Assembly (NCBI GenBank): GCA_964016885.1
Contig: OZ024743.1
Coordinates: 105,524,001 to 105,588,000, forward strand
Reading direction: 5' to 3'
Source of the DNA: Eledone cirrhosa
Taxonomy: Eukaryota
DNA length: 64,000 nucleotides
Below, piece by piece: positions 12,272-25,505 of this stretch. The notes below the pieces were generated by a model. That model was given only the letters and a program-made list of their open reading frames with translations. It was not told the DNA's origin and ran no database searches. The translations under genes were made by a program, and so were the position numbers. Position 1 is the first letter of the stretch. Each line of letters begins with the position of its first letter.

Positions 12272-12383
<112 letters not shown>

Positions 12384-12482
12384 CTGTTTATTTATCATCT
12401 ATCTATATTCATGTGTATAACCTATTTAATTATCTACTCACCTTCCAATGTAACCCACTTCTCTCTCTCTCCACCTCTCTCT

Positions 12483-12572
<90 letters not shown>

Positions 12573-13829
12573 CGTGTGTGTGTGGTGTGTGTGTATAGCT
12601 GTATATCCGTTTATCTTACGGTTCATTAATTAATCCGTTTTTCGGTCATATTTATAGTGGCGAACGTCATGGGTTAGATGTAAAGCAGTTTCCTCTCTCG
12701 GCTGGAGATATTTCAATTCAGCTGCATAGTTAATCTATTTTTGAAAGCCTCATGTATCTCATGATTCTCAATTTACCCTCCTTTAAAAACATTACACACT
12801 ATGTGGTAGGAAAATAAATGCTAGTTCTATACTTGTTTAATGGCTTTAGTATTTTTGTCATCATCAGCAGCACTCAGAGTAAGTCAGTCATGACCACATT
12901 TTACCGTTTCCTTAACAAGCCATGGAAATACATGGTGTGAACGCCATAAAGCAGCATGTAAGTTGTCTATGAACCGAGATTGCCACTTGGTTTCAATGTT
13001 CGTTACTAAGGCACTAAATTGAGATATACAAGAGGACGACTTCTTAATTCCTCACTTGCATTATACAGGTTGACCATTTATCCTCATAACTCTCAAATGG
13101 ATTGCAGTTTTTGTTCATTTGAATGTCACCAATTTGCTATGTGCTTGCTAAAACGGAGATGCATTTGTGACTTGCAGTAGAGCGAACAACTCAAATCCCC
13201 ATTCCTCCTTAATCAAACTTCATATACTTCCAACAGTTAGCTCTTGCTCTGTCCATAGATCAGCCCTAATTCAGTAGTTATGTGACAAAAGGTATTCTAA
13301 ACCCGACCACACTGTCATTCTGTTTATCTAAAACCATTGTCCTTTTATTTCAAAGACAGTATGGTTTGGTTTGTGTAATTTTTAAATATTTCTAGGAAGT
13401 CTGGCATCGACTTGTTGGAGTATATATGTATGGATTGTATGTGTGTATGTATAAATAAATGTATTCCTGAATGAATGTGTGTATGTATGCATGTATGTAC
13501 TTATGTAACTATACATGTAAGTATGTGTGTACATCTGTGGTTGAATCTGTTTGTATTTCCATTGATATCTTTATGTGTTTACGCGAATGATTGTCCATGC
13601 GTACATTTATATGTCTCTTTGTATGAATATATGCATGTAAGTGCATACCACTGCCTAACATGTGTATGCGTGTCTTTATTTGTGAGTATGCCCTGCCATG
13701 GCCTGTGTGTTTTCATGTGTTTCTTTGTGTATGCATGCATGAATGTATGTATGGAGGTATGTATGTATGTATGAACGTATGTATGTATGAATGAATTTAT
13801 GTATGTAAGTATGTATGTATGTGTCTTTT

Positions 13830-14000
13830 AAGACCTCCCAGAACGAAGCAATAGAAAGTCCCGGAGGAGCCTCCTATAGTTGCCATATATGTGCCAGAGG
13901 CTGCAAGTCTTTGGTTGGTTTCAAGAGCCATATTCGTGCCTCACATTTTTGAGCATTTTATCAGGGGGTGACAATGCTCGAACACGTGTTTGCAGCCATC
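13830..14000 (+). mobile_element. RTE 3'-terminal fragment (zinc-finger remnant + tail)
   Basis: Encodes YSCHICARGCKSLVGFKSHIRA and ends gcagccatc(atgt)n. Confidence 0.7.
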
Positions 14001-14032
14001 ATGTATGTATGCATGTATGTATGTATGTATGT

Positions 14033-14420
14033 TTGTCAAGGCAGGATTCTAGGAGAAGAAAAACTCTGATATAGCACCTACAACCCTGATGGTATCCAAT
14101 GATGTTGACTTGTTCTTCTTTTTGGTAAATATCATCTTGGTTAAGAGAGTGGGACTGGCTTTGTGCAGTGCCTTTGTTCACTATAAAAGCTTCACGGCAC
14201 AGGCATTGCTTTATATCTGGAGATCTCTCTGCACTTGTCGTCACATGATGCCATGGGCCCAGCACTATGTGTCAATAATTGTCACAAGTGTAGTGTTTGT
14301 ACCAGAGTTTTCAAGTCGTTGGCTGGACTAAAAAGTCACACTCGTTCAGCGCATCGGTAGGAGTTCGCCTACATGGATATACAGTAGTGGCCGTACTCGA
14401 AAACGAGTTGGCAGCCACCA
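14033..14420 (+). mobile_element. Bipartite non-autonomous RTE element, copy 1
   Basis: An RTE-5'UTR-like segment (ggagaagaaaaactctga...gatgatgttgac) is joined to a zinc-finger remnant (CHKCSVCTRVFKSLAGLKSHTRSAHR*, 14280-14360) and the tail ggccgtactcgaaaacgag..ggcagccacc(atgt)n. Near-identical to 17070-17441. Confidence 0.8.
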
Positions 14421-14479
14421 TGTATGTATGTATGTATGTATGTATGTATGTATGTATGTATGTATGTATGTATGTATGT

Positions 14480-16612
14480 TGTTGTTGCAAAGAACTTCTT
14501 CGTGACTCACAGGGAATTCTACGAAGGTGGCGAGAGCACTTTGATGATCTTTTGAATCAGCCGTCTGTCGTCAGTGAAGATTTCCTCAATCTCATTCCGG
14601 AAAGTCCTGTGAAAGTAGCTCTCGCAGAACCTCCGACGCTTGTGGAGGTTGCAGTGGCTATTTCGAAGCTGAACAGTGGAAGATCTCCAGGTATGGATGG
14701 CATACATGCTGAGCTCCTACAATATGGTGGTGAGAGACTCCTGCGACATCTTCACTCTTTGTTTGGAAGGATATGGGCTAATGAATCCGTGCCTGAGGAC
14801 TGGAGAGATGCAGTAATGGTGGTCTTGTACAAGGGAAAGGGTAACAGGAATGATTGTGGGAACTACAGTGGTATATCATTGTTTTCTGTCGTAGGGAAAG
14901 TTTTATGTAGGGTGCTTCTGGACCGTCTGCTGACACACATTGCAGATTGTGTCCTTCCTGAAAGTCAATCTGGTTTTCGTGCTGGACGCGGCACTACTGA
15001 TATGATCTTCTCAGCTAGACAGCTCCAGGAGAAGTGCATTGAACAAGGCTTGGATCTGTATCAGGTTTTTGTCGATCTGACAAAGGCTTTCGATACTGTC
15101 AACAGAGATGCATTATGGAAGGTTCTCCAGAAACTTGGTTGCCATGATAAGTTCCTTGCTTTAGTTAGGTCTTTCCATGACGACATGAAGGCTTGGGTTA
15201 ATGTCGGAGGTAACATGTCGGAGCCTATCTCAGTAAAAAATGGAGTGAAACAGGGGGATATTCCAACACCGACCCTGTTTGCCATATACTTTGCAATGGT
15301 TTTCTGTATTGCATTCAGGAATTGCGAGCATGGTGTTTACATCCGATATCGAACCTCAGGCAGCATATTTAACATCAGGCACTTTGCTGCGAAGACAAAA
15401 GTATTTACATCAGTCATAAGAGACCTCTTGTATGCAGATGATTGCGATCTTGTAGCGCACACAGAGAGTGATATGCAGCACATTTTGAATGCATTTTCTG
15501 ACGCTTGCACTGCCCTGGGTTTGACTGTCAGTCTCAAGAAAACCGTCGTCATGTACCAACCTGCCCCTAGTAAGCAGTACACTGAACCAAACATCTATGT
15601 GTATGGCAAACGACTTGGAGTGGTTGATCAGTTTGTTTACCTGGGAAGCACTGTCAATCGATACGGCAACCTTGACAGTGAAATCTCACTTAGGATTAGG
15701 AAAGCAAGTGATGCTTTCGGAAAGCTAGAAAGACGACTCTGGGGTCGGCGAGACATATGCAGGAGGACAAAGGTAAAGGTGTACAGGGCATGTGTACTCT
15801 CTTGTCTTCTTTATGCCTGCGAGACCTGGGTCACATATCGACGCCACCTTAAGCAATTGGAGCGTTTCCATCAGATGTGTCTCAGACGGATCCATGGCGT
15901 TCACTGGAGGGACCACATCAGTGATGTCGAGATTTTGGAAAGCTCTATGTGTGACAGTATAGAAGCTCTTGTGCTTAAGCAACGACTCCGTTGGAGTGGT
16001 CACCTTGCCAGGATGAAGGATTCTAGAATACCAAAACAACTCTTCTATGGAGAGTTGGTTAAAGGAAAACGACCGCCACATAAACCAAAAAAGAGGTATA
16101 AGGATTCCTTGAAAGCCTCTCTGAAAGACGCTAACATCTCTGCTGATACATGGGAAAATATTGCTGCTGATCGTAATAAATGGAGAAAGACTATATATGA
16201 GGGAAAAGTTGCCTTTGAGGCATCTCGCATCGCACACTAGAAAGTAAAGCGGGACGTGAGGAAGGGCATTGCTATTGCACTTGCAGACGGCGAGGGTCCT
16301 CCTATGGTGCTGACATGCAGCGTCTGTGCGAGACTCTGCCTAAGCAAAGCTGGACTCGAAAGTCATCTTCGCAGTCATAAAGTAAGACCAGTGGTTGACT
16401 ACCAGGCTGCTGTTGGAGATGCTGCTCATCATGCTTGCCAAACATGTGGTAGAGAATGTAAATCAGCAGGAGGGCTCAAGCGACATGCAAAAGTACACGA
16501 ACTCCAACCACAGCCGACTATTCCCAGTGAATGTTTTGGTTGCCGACTCTGTGCAAGACATTTTCGATCATTGGCTGGGCGAAAAATCCACATTCGATCG
16601 CAGCACTGTTAG
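14480..16612 (+). pseudogene. RTE ORF (RT + three C2H2-like zinc fingers) with a single in-frame TAG at 16238-16240
   Basis: ORFs 14297-16240 and 16256-16612 are in the same frame. The fingers are CSVC...HLRSH, CQTC...HAKVH and CRLC...HIRSQH. The ORF-track N-terminus is unrelated flank plus microsatellite. Confidence 0.85.
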
Positions 16613-16816
16613 TTGCTATCGTGTGTGTGTGTGTGTGTGTGCGTGTGTAGATATGCTTATGTGCGTGCGTGTGTGTGTATATATATATGAATATGTATAT
16701 TATTATTGTTGTTGTCGTTATTGTTATTATTGCTATTATTATTATTATTATTATTATTGTTATTAATGTATGTGTGTATATGTGTGAGTGTATGTGTATG
16801 TGTGTATGTATATATG

Positions 16817-16847
<31 letters not shown>

Positions 16848-16975
16848 AATTTATTTATTATTATTATTATTATTATTTTTTTATTTTATTTTATTTATTT
16901 ATTTATTTTATTTATTTATTTATTTTTTCTTCTCGTGCAATGGCCATACTCGATAACGAGGGGGCAGCCATCATC
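14480..16975 (+). mobile_element. RTE-clade (BovB-like) LINE, 5'-truncated, young
   Basis: Open frame with SPGMDGI, NYSGISL, PESQSGFRAGRGTTDMIF, FVDLTKAFDTV, GVKQG, LLYADD, FVYLGS, LLYACETW and RLRWSGH. The 3'UTR ends ggccatactcgataacgagggggcagccatc(atgt)n. No APE domain is present (truncated). Confidence 0.95.
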
Positions 16976-17069
16976 ATGTATGTATGTATGTATGTATGTA
17001 TGTATGTATGTATGTATGTATGTGTGTATGCATGTATGTATGTATGCGGGAGAGATGACCCCTTAGCCT

Positions 17070-17441
17070 TTGTCAAGGCAGAATTCTAGGATATAACACC
17101 TGCAACCCTGATGGTATCCAATGATGTTGACTTGTTCTTCTTTTTGGTAAATATCATCTTGGTTAAGAGAGTGGGACTGGCTTTGTGCAGTGCCTTTGCT
17201 CACTATAAAAGCTTCACGGCACAGGCATTGCTTTATATCTGGAGATCTCTCTGCACTTGTCATCACATGGTACCATGGGCCCAGCACTATGTGTCAATAA
17301 TTGTCACAAGTGTAGTGTTTGTACCAGAGTTTTCAAGTCGCTGGCTGGACTAAAAAGTCACACTCGTTCAGCGCATCGGTAGGGGTTCTCCTACATGGAT
17401 ATAAAGTAGTGGCCGTACTCGAAAACGAGTTGGCAGCTACC
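17070..17441 (+). mobile_element. Bipartite non-autonomous RTE element, copy 2, followed by a long (ATGT)n tail to about 17697
   Basis: Near-identical to 14033-14420, with a short deletion near the 5' end. Confidence 0.85.
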
Positions 17442-18542
17442 ATGTATGTATGTATGTATGCATGTATGTATGTATGTATGTATGTATGTATGTATGTATG
17501 TATGTATGCATGCATGTATGTATGTATGCATGTATTTATGCATGTATGTATGTATGTATGTATGTATGTATGTATGTATGTATGTATGCATGCATGTATG
17601 TATGTATGTATGTATGTATGTATGCATGCATGTATGTATGTATGTATGTATGTATGTATGTATGTATGTATGTATGTATGTATGTATGTATGTATGCATC
17701 TTTGCCTGCTGATGGATTAAATATCTGCATTCAACAACTTCAATGTAACTATATATTCTTCCGCGGGTGTCAATAGAAATTTTCCCGAAATGCCAACGAT
17801 CGGTCTCATGAAACAGCTATTAAAGCTGATCGCAAAACATATTTCACTTCAAGTTAATGAAGCAGTCCTATACACACACCAATTCATTAAAACCGCAACC
17901 TATATCTCGTTACTATTTACATTTCTTCTTATTTCGTCGTCGTCGTCGTCGTCGTTGTTGTTGGTCTTGTCGCTTTATGTATCATCTTCACCATTTACTA
18001 ACGCACACACACATTACCAAACCCTAACAGCAATTATCTCTCCCGTAGCCCTGTAACCGTTATAAGCAACCTCTCACGGCGTAGCGAATGTGACACGAAA
18101 AGACACACAGAAACACATTTACACATTCACACATACACATCCGCATACCTTAGCGCACGTATGATTAGCCATGCACACACAAAAGCCAATACAACGACAA
18201 CCCCCCAGTCTGTGTGTGACGAATGAAGTATAAGATAACGCACGCGCTCACACACACAGAGACACACACACGCGCGCACGCACACACACACACGCACACA
18301 CAGACACACATATTTATATATATGTATTCATCATGGTATATTTAGTTTGTTGGTTAATTATTAGAATCATTTATCGTATGAGCAGCAAACAGTTATGTTT
18401 ATTTTGTCTCATGACATGTTAGCTTAGTCTTACATTTCCATATCCCTTTCTATAGCCGCCAAACAACCATCCGACCAGCAAGCCGGCCAGCCACCCAACC
18501 GCTGCTCATTCTATAATATCTTCCAGCAATTGTTTGTTTATG

Positions 18543-18581
<39 letters not shown>

Positions 18582-18596
18582 ATACATATATACACC

Positions 18597-18639
<43 letters not shown>

Positions 18640-19684
18640 GTAAGTATGTATGTATAGCATATAGTGTGCATATGTCTTTGCAGTCTCTCTCCTTTCCTCC
18701 TCCTTCCCTCCGCCTACTCCTTTTGTATGTCTCTTCTTTCGAATTTTTTCTCCTATCGCCTTCATTTACGATTCTCACTCAATCCATATTACATTCCACC
18801 TACATTCACTCAATGATTATCACGTTAATGATCATATTACCGACGTTGTGTTGATTAGTTTTCCCTTACAAATTTTTTTTTTCAATAATAATGATTTTGG
18901 TAGTTCGGTGGATAATCAGACTCTTAATAATGTCTAGCAAATGCTTGGCAGTAATATGATTTGCGTTCAAATCTCGCTCAGATAAACGTTATTGTTCCAC
19001 TCTTGCAGGTTCGATTTAATTGAGGTTCCCATACCCTACATTGTTTGACATGTGTCAAAATTAGAAATCATTAGAAACCGGTAGATCGGCGGAATTGTTA
19101 CTGTGTCGGACAAAATGATTTGTAGCATTTAGTTACGTCCCTTCACTCTCTGAGTACAAATCCCGGCGAGGTTAACTTTGTCTTTCCTATTTCCCTGGTC
19201 GATAAAATAAAGTCCAGGGGGTAAATTAATCACCATTTCCCTCCTCCACAATTGCTGGCTTTTTGCTTACATTAGAAAAGATTGTTAGTTTTGTCGACTG
19301 TATCGTTAGAGCGACAAATTCAATAATTATCTGTAATTAATCACGCCATAGTACCTTCTGAGTTAAAATCCCACGAAGGTCAATTTTGCCTTTCATTTAT
19401 CCGGGGTGGGCGGAATGTAACATTTGTTACATACTGAGGTGGATTTGAACGATTCGTAGTAATCAATAAGATAGATTACAACTAACTTTGCAGGTAAAAT
19501 TGAGTTTTTATTTCCAGTAATTATTCGCTAGATATAACTCGAAGCTGCGAATATTCATGTGCGTATGTATTTAACCAACCGAACAATAATTACTATGCAA
19601 ATAGATTTTTAACAAATTATATATCTCTGTATCTATGTGTAAACGAACAGTTATAGAGAGACGTTTAAGACACCTCTTGTGTAC

Positions 19685-19795
<111 letters not shown>

Positions 19796-20166
19796 ATATA
19801 TATATAGTATGCAGAATATCAAACTTTGGAAGTGAATCGCTGAGGAATTATGAAACGTATAGAAATAACTGCATGTACAGTCGATATATAGCAATCGTCT
19901 ATACTTGAAGTTATCTCAGCGTCTGAGTTCCTTACATTTTTTCCCTATTATTAATTTTATTTATATCTCCTATTGTGCTTTGTTCTTGTAATTTCGTGTC
20001 CCAGCTTTTTCTCAGGAATCTACTCTGATTCGGGAAAATATCCCCGTTATCATTGAGGGAGCGAATCGGAGTCTGCAAAGATTCGATTTCTATTAATCTA
20101 GAGCATTGCAATATTATTTGATTTCAAAAGCACACCTCCCTCTCTCTTTCTTTCTTTCTTTGTCTG

Positions 20167-20199
<33 letters not shown>

Positions 20200-20210
20200 T
20201 ACATTCCACC

Positions 20211-20316
<106 letters not shown>

Positions 20317-20499
20317 AAGAAAGATAGAGGGAGATGCATAGCACGCCCTTATGAGATTATGGCTGGAACCTGCACCTAAAGAAAATAGCATGGGCGGAAA
20401 GCAAATTCCGTAAACATTTAAACTATCATCTCTCGACAATCTGTGCTATCAGTGTATGAACATACGAAACTGCAATTGATCTTACTCATTATCTCATTC

Positions 20500-20594
<95 letters not shown>

Positions 20595-21125
20595 CTCTCT
20601 CTCTCTCTTTCTCTCCCTCTCTGTTCCACTGCCATTCCTCTATCTCCTGTCTCTCTCAAAACCACACCACAGATATATATTCATATATAGAAACAACATA
20701 TTCCTTCTCTTATACTTTCTTCTCCATACGATATACTTTAATGTCTTTTATTTCTGTTTATAGTCTCGCCCTCTTTCTTTATTCTATAGCACAGAATATA
20801 ATCTCAATTCACCAACTAATGCACTAAGCAAGTCTATCTTACTATAACATTCAATCTCTATTGCGCTACACAATCGACTCTCCATCGCACTAAACAATTC
20901 GCTCTATCGCACTATGCCATTCATTCTCGATCGCACTATACAATTCCCTTTCTATTGCACTATACTATCGTACTATAACAATCTCTCTCTCTCTCTATCG
21001 TATTATACAATTCCTAAGCTAATCATATCAATTAGTTTGGAAACGTTTGTCTACGTCGTTGTTCACTTATTTTCTACATCCCTCAATTCATTTCTTTTTT
21101 CCAACACATCACACCACTACCAACA

Positions 21126-21189
<64 letters not shown>

Positions 21190-21213
<24 letters not shown>

Positions 21214-21341
21214 ACCACCCTCTATCTCTCTCATTCTTTCTCTAACTCTCATCAACTCTCTCTCTCTCTCTCCCCCTCTCTCTCTCTCTCTCTCTCTCTT
21301 CACCACCCTCTATCTCTCTCATTCTTTCTCTAACTCTCATC

Positions 21342-21380
<39 letters not shown>

Positions 21381-21501
21381 TCTCTCACACTCTCTCTCTC
21401 TCTCTTCACCACCCTCTATCTCTCTCATTCTTTCTCTAACTCTCATCCTCTCTCTCTCGGTCTTTACCACCCTCTAACTCTCATTCCTTCTCTAACTCTC
21501 A

Positions 21502-21572
<71 letters not shown>

Positions 21573-21600
21573 ACCACTCTACATCTCTCCCTCTTTTTCT
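21190..21600. repeat. Composite tandem repeat (ttcaccaccctctatctctctcattctttctctaactctcatc + (CT)n), 4-5 units
   Basis: The unit recurs at about 21211, 21299, 21405 and 21463, with a degenerate copy at about 21570. Confidence 0.85.
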
Positions 21601-22142
21601 CCCTGTCTATCTCTATCACCCACTATCTCTCTCACTTGTTCATATGAAACATCTTTCTAACATAGAAACACCTTATCACCTAAATTAGATATTAAATGAT
21701 AAAATAACGTCATTATAAAGAAATTTAAATTTAAAAATACAAAAGAAACAAAATGCAGGTGGAATATAATCAAGCCACGTTTGCATTTGACACATTTCGA
21801 TTAGGGTGGAATATTAAAGACAGATTTAATATAATTCCCTAAATTTACCTTTTATTGGTTCGTTTAATTACTTTTTTTTTCGTTTGAGAAACAGAATAAC
21901 GATTAAAACAGAATAACGATTAAAAAACATAAAATAACCATCAAATACAAAATATTCACACATTTACAAGATTCAAATATTTCTAATTTCTGTCTTTATT
22001 TTTAGATCTTTTTTTCCTTTTTTTACATTCATTTAAGGGTTATTGTTGTTTTTTCTAGTATTTTTTTTATTAACTTTTACTTTATTTGATAATGTATTAA
22101 TTCATTCATTTTTCTTTCTTTCTTTCTTTCTTTCTTTTCTTT

Positions 22143-22198
<56 letters not shown>

Positions 22199-22240
22199 TT
22201 CTTTCTTTCTTACTTTTTTCTTTCTTTCTTACTTTCTTTT

Positions 22241-22294
<54 letters not shown>

Positions 22295-22455
22295 TTCCTT
22301 TCCATCTTAAAACAAGGATTACGATGCCGTTGAAGCGAGTCGTCAAAGAACACATTTCGAATTTCGATTCCCAGTTGTGGACAGCCTGCTTTATGTTTCA
22401 CACAAGAGAAAGGGATAAACATTATATCGAAAGGACCTCATTGTAACAAAACACT

Positions 22456-22564
<109 letters not shown>

Positions 22565-22763
22565 GAGAGTGAGAGAGAGGGTGGGAGAGAGGGAGAGAGA
22601 GGTGAAAAAGAGACAAACATCGACACATACACACACAGTTACACAGAGTCTGCCAATTCGTGATGCATACATATATACATACATACACACGCGCACATAC
22701 ATATATACATTCATATATGCACATGTATGCATATATATATATATATATATATATATAGATAGA

Positions 22764-22980
22764 TAAAATAAAGTTAAATAAAAATCAAATGATTAAAATT
22801 TAGCTTCGTTTATTACTGCTATATATATTTCAGTGACAGCCATCTTTGGCTGTGACCTCTTCAGGCAGTTTGAATTAGTATGGTATAGACAAGTACAAAG
22901 ATGGCTGTCACTGAAATATATATAGCAGTAATAAACGAAGCTAAATTTTAATCATTTGACTTTTATTTAACTTTATTTTA
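22764..22980. mobile_element. Fold-back PLE 3'-end insertion (same family as 1-800)
   Basis: Arms 22764-22848 and 22896-22980 are reverse complements and match 690-800. The insertion abuts (TA)n. Confidence 0.85.
22815..22869 (-). ncRNA. Minimal type I hammerhead ribozyme (second copy of 704-758)
   Basis: Reverse complement reads ACTGC-CTGAAGA-GGTCACAGCCaaagatGGCTGTCACT-GAAA-TATATA-TA-GCAGT-AATAAA. Confidence 0.85.
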
Positions 22981-23331
22981 CACTACTCCGGAGTAACCAA
23001 ACCAACCTGCGCACTTCGTCGAGTGCTCCAGCCTGCATACTGAGGTGTTGGTATACAACCAACATAAACTCAAAATCTCTATATATATAGATAGATAGAT
23101 AAATCTACCAAAATATACGGTAGTGTCCAATCCGTATGAAGAACTCAATGTAATCCAAATATCATGAAAAGAGAAGATGTATTCAAAATTTTTTTCGATG
23201 AAAAACACAGAAAAACAGAGTCATGATAAATAAAAACAATGAATAAAAACAAAGAAACAGTTCCTTATATTAAATGATGAATTTTTTAAGATAAAGAACT
23301 GTTTCTTTGTTTTTATTCATTGTTTTTATTA

Positions 23332-23362
<31 letters not shown>

Positions 23363-23369
<7 letters not shown>

Positions 23370-23498
23370 TAAAATAACATTAAAGTTTAAGCAAAGAATC
23401 GCTGCTTTCACCCTTAACGGGATCTTCTGAAACTAAAAAAGTCAATCTGTGAACGCAAATTCTTTGCTTAAACTTTAATCTGTTATTTTAATAAATAT
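23363..23498. repeat. Fold-back insertion with a degenerate hammerhead on the minus strand
   Basis: Arms tatttattaaaataac..ttaaagtttaagcaaagaat and attctttgcttaaactttaa..gttattttaataaata. The minus strand reads CAGAAGA-TCCCgttaaGGGT-GAAA (23406-23429). Confidence 0.6.
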
Positions 23499-23583
23499 TG
23501 CTCTACGGTTCTTATATATTTGATATATATTTATCCTTATCGAACCCTCTTTGGATTTTAGTCTTCAAATGTATTATTATTAC

Positions 23584-23710
23584 TTGATGATTTCTAATGA
23601 ATGAAACAGTTCTAGTCCTGTAGAATCTCATCTATATTAAAACTGTTATACTCTGCTATGTATTGAGTACCTTACTTACTGTGGTTACCTCCGATTCAAC
23701 CCGGAATAAC
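23584..23710 (+). mobile_element. PLE-like 3'-end fragment (family shared with 25312-25505 and 46995-47135)
   Basis: Shared (c/t)tgatgatttct...gaatgaaacagttctagtcctgtaga...ctgtggttacc.ccgatt.aacccgg, abutting microsatellite. Confidence 0.65.
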
Positions 23711-23788
<78 letters not shown>

Positions 23789-23791
<3 letters not shown>

Positions 23792-25260
23792 ACTTTGATA
23801 ACTTTGATAGGTTTCGGCCAGTATTGGCCTAGGCCATGTCTAACTTAATAGCACCACCTGGCGAAGTCTTACAAATCAATGTTTCGGCACCATGGCCCAC
23901 TCGGGCAGAGAGTTATTGTTTCCGGAGGCATATCCGGGTGTAGAAGGCTTATACGGGATTTCTTGAAGGAATTTATCCAAAGACTTCTTGAACTTTATGG
24001 GGTCTGTCTCTGCGTTGATGTGTGTTGGTGTAATGTTAAAGAGTGCAGGGCCAATTGAGGTGAAATAATTGTGCCGTATTGTTGTTATGTGATGCGAGTG
24101 GGATTTTTGTCGTCGGCGGATAGCACGGGCCACAAGCCTTGGGTGTACACTAAAGGTGATGCCAACATCATTTGGGCTAAGCTGATGGAATATTTTCCAC
24201 ATCATACAGATAATGTAGCGCTCACGGCGACGTTGAAGAGAATAAAGTTTGAGCTTTTCTAATCGACCCCAATAGTCAAGGCTTGTCATGCCAACTATCT
24301 TTTTTGTAATTGACCTTTGGGGTTCTTCAACTTTCATGATACTTTGTTTCGGGTGGTGTGACCACAGTGGACAACAGTATTCAAGGTGGGGTCGGGCAAA
24401 AGTGGAGAAGAGAAGGACAACAGTGTGGGTATATCTCGACTGGAAAGTTCTGAGAATCCAGGAACACATTCTGCGGGCCATATCAACTTTGCTGTTTATA
24501 TGAGTGGCCCAGCTTATATTGTTATCCACAATTACTCCCAGGTCTCTGATGTTATTGGAAGCCACTAGAGTTGCACCCGAAGGAAGAGAGTATGGTAGTT
24601 TCAGGGCACCCATTTTTCCAAAGTGGATTAGTTCAAATTTATCCTCATTCAACTGCATATTATTCATCTCTGCCCATGGATAACAGCCAGTAGGTCTGAC
24701 TGAAGGCAAGTCCGGTCACCCAGCTCATTGATGACCCTTTGGAGCTTGGAATCATCTGCGAAGATTCTGATGTTGCTGTGTTTGATGATGTCAGGAATGT
24801 CATTAATGTAGATGATGAAAAGAAGTGGGCCCAACATAGTGCCTTGTGGGACGCCACTGCTGACTTTGGCTGGGCTTGATTTTACTCCTTCGACTACAAC
24901 ATACAGAGTTCTGCCTGTCAGGAAACATTTAATCCACTGTAGTAACCTTCCAGAGACACCAACATTGGATAGTTTTTTCAGTAGAATCTTATGATCATCT
25001 CTGTCGAAGGCCTTGCTGAAATCAAAGTAGATGACATCAGTGTTGGAGCCCTCTCCCAAGGCTCTCAAAACATCGTCAAATTGATGCAGGAGCTGCGTTA
25101 GGCAGTCCCTTACATTACGGAACCCATGTTGGTTGGAGTTCAGCAGGCCGTTGCTTTCAAGAAAGTGGGTTATTCGTGATCTCACCACCCTCTCAAATAC
25201 CTTGATGATATGAGAGGTGAGTGAGATCGGACGGTAGTTCACTGCAAGAGACTTATTTCC

Positions 25261-25262
<2 letters not shown>
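23789..25262 (-). mobile_element. CR1-group LINE, 5'-truncated RT pseudogene
   Basis: NYRPISLTS, NQHGFR, YFDFSKAFD, SGVPQG..LGPLLF, IFADDSKL, a frameshift near 24670, then DLGV and RPHLEYCCPLWS. The 3' end has a short ttatcaaag repeat. Flanked by (TA)n on both sides. Confidence 0.9.
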
Positions 25263-25311
<49 letters not shown>

Positions 25312-25312
<1 letters not shown>

Positions 25313-25505
25313 ATGGCTTTTACAGGACTAGAACTGTTTCATTCGGGAGAAAAGAAATCAGCAAGAAGCCGGCTTCCTGATAATTTCTCCCCAATGAAAC
25401 ACTTCTAGTCCTGTAGACGCCATTTCTATATTAAATATTTATACTCTGCTTTGTATTGAGTTCCTTACTTGCTGTGGTTACCCCCGATTGAACCCGGGAT
25501 AAACT
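25312..25505. mobile_element. Fold-back PLE-like 3'-end fragment
   Basis: Inverted arms span 25312-25424 and pivot on GAAGCC/GGCTTC at 25370/25371. The tail matches 23584-23710 and 46995-47135. Confidence 0.7.

Noticed and set aside
14033-17441. Direct repeats flanking the RT ORF, resembling LTRs
   Set aside because: The RT is non-LTR RTE type. The repeats lack TG...CA ends and PBS/PPT, and each has its own RTE-type tail.
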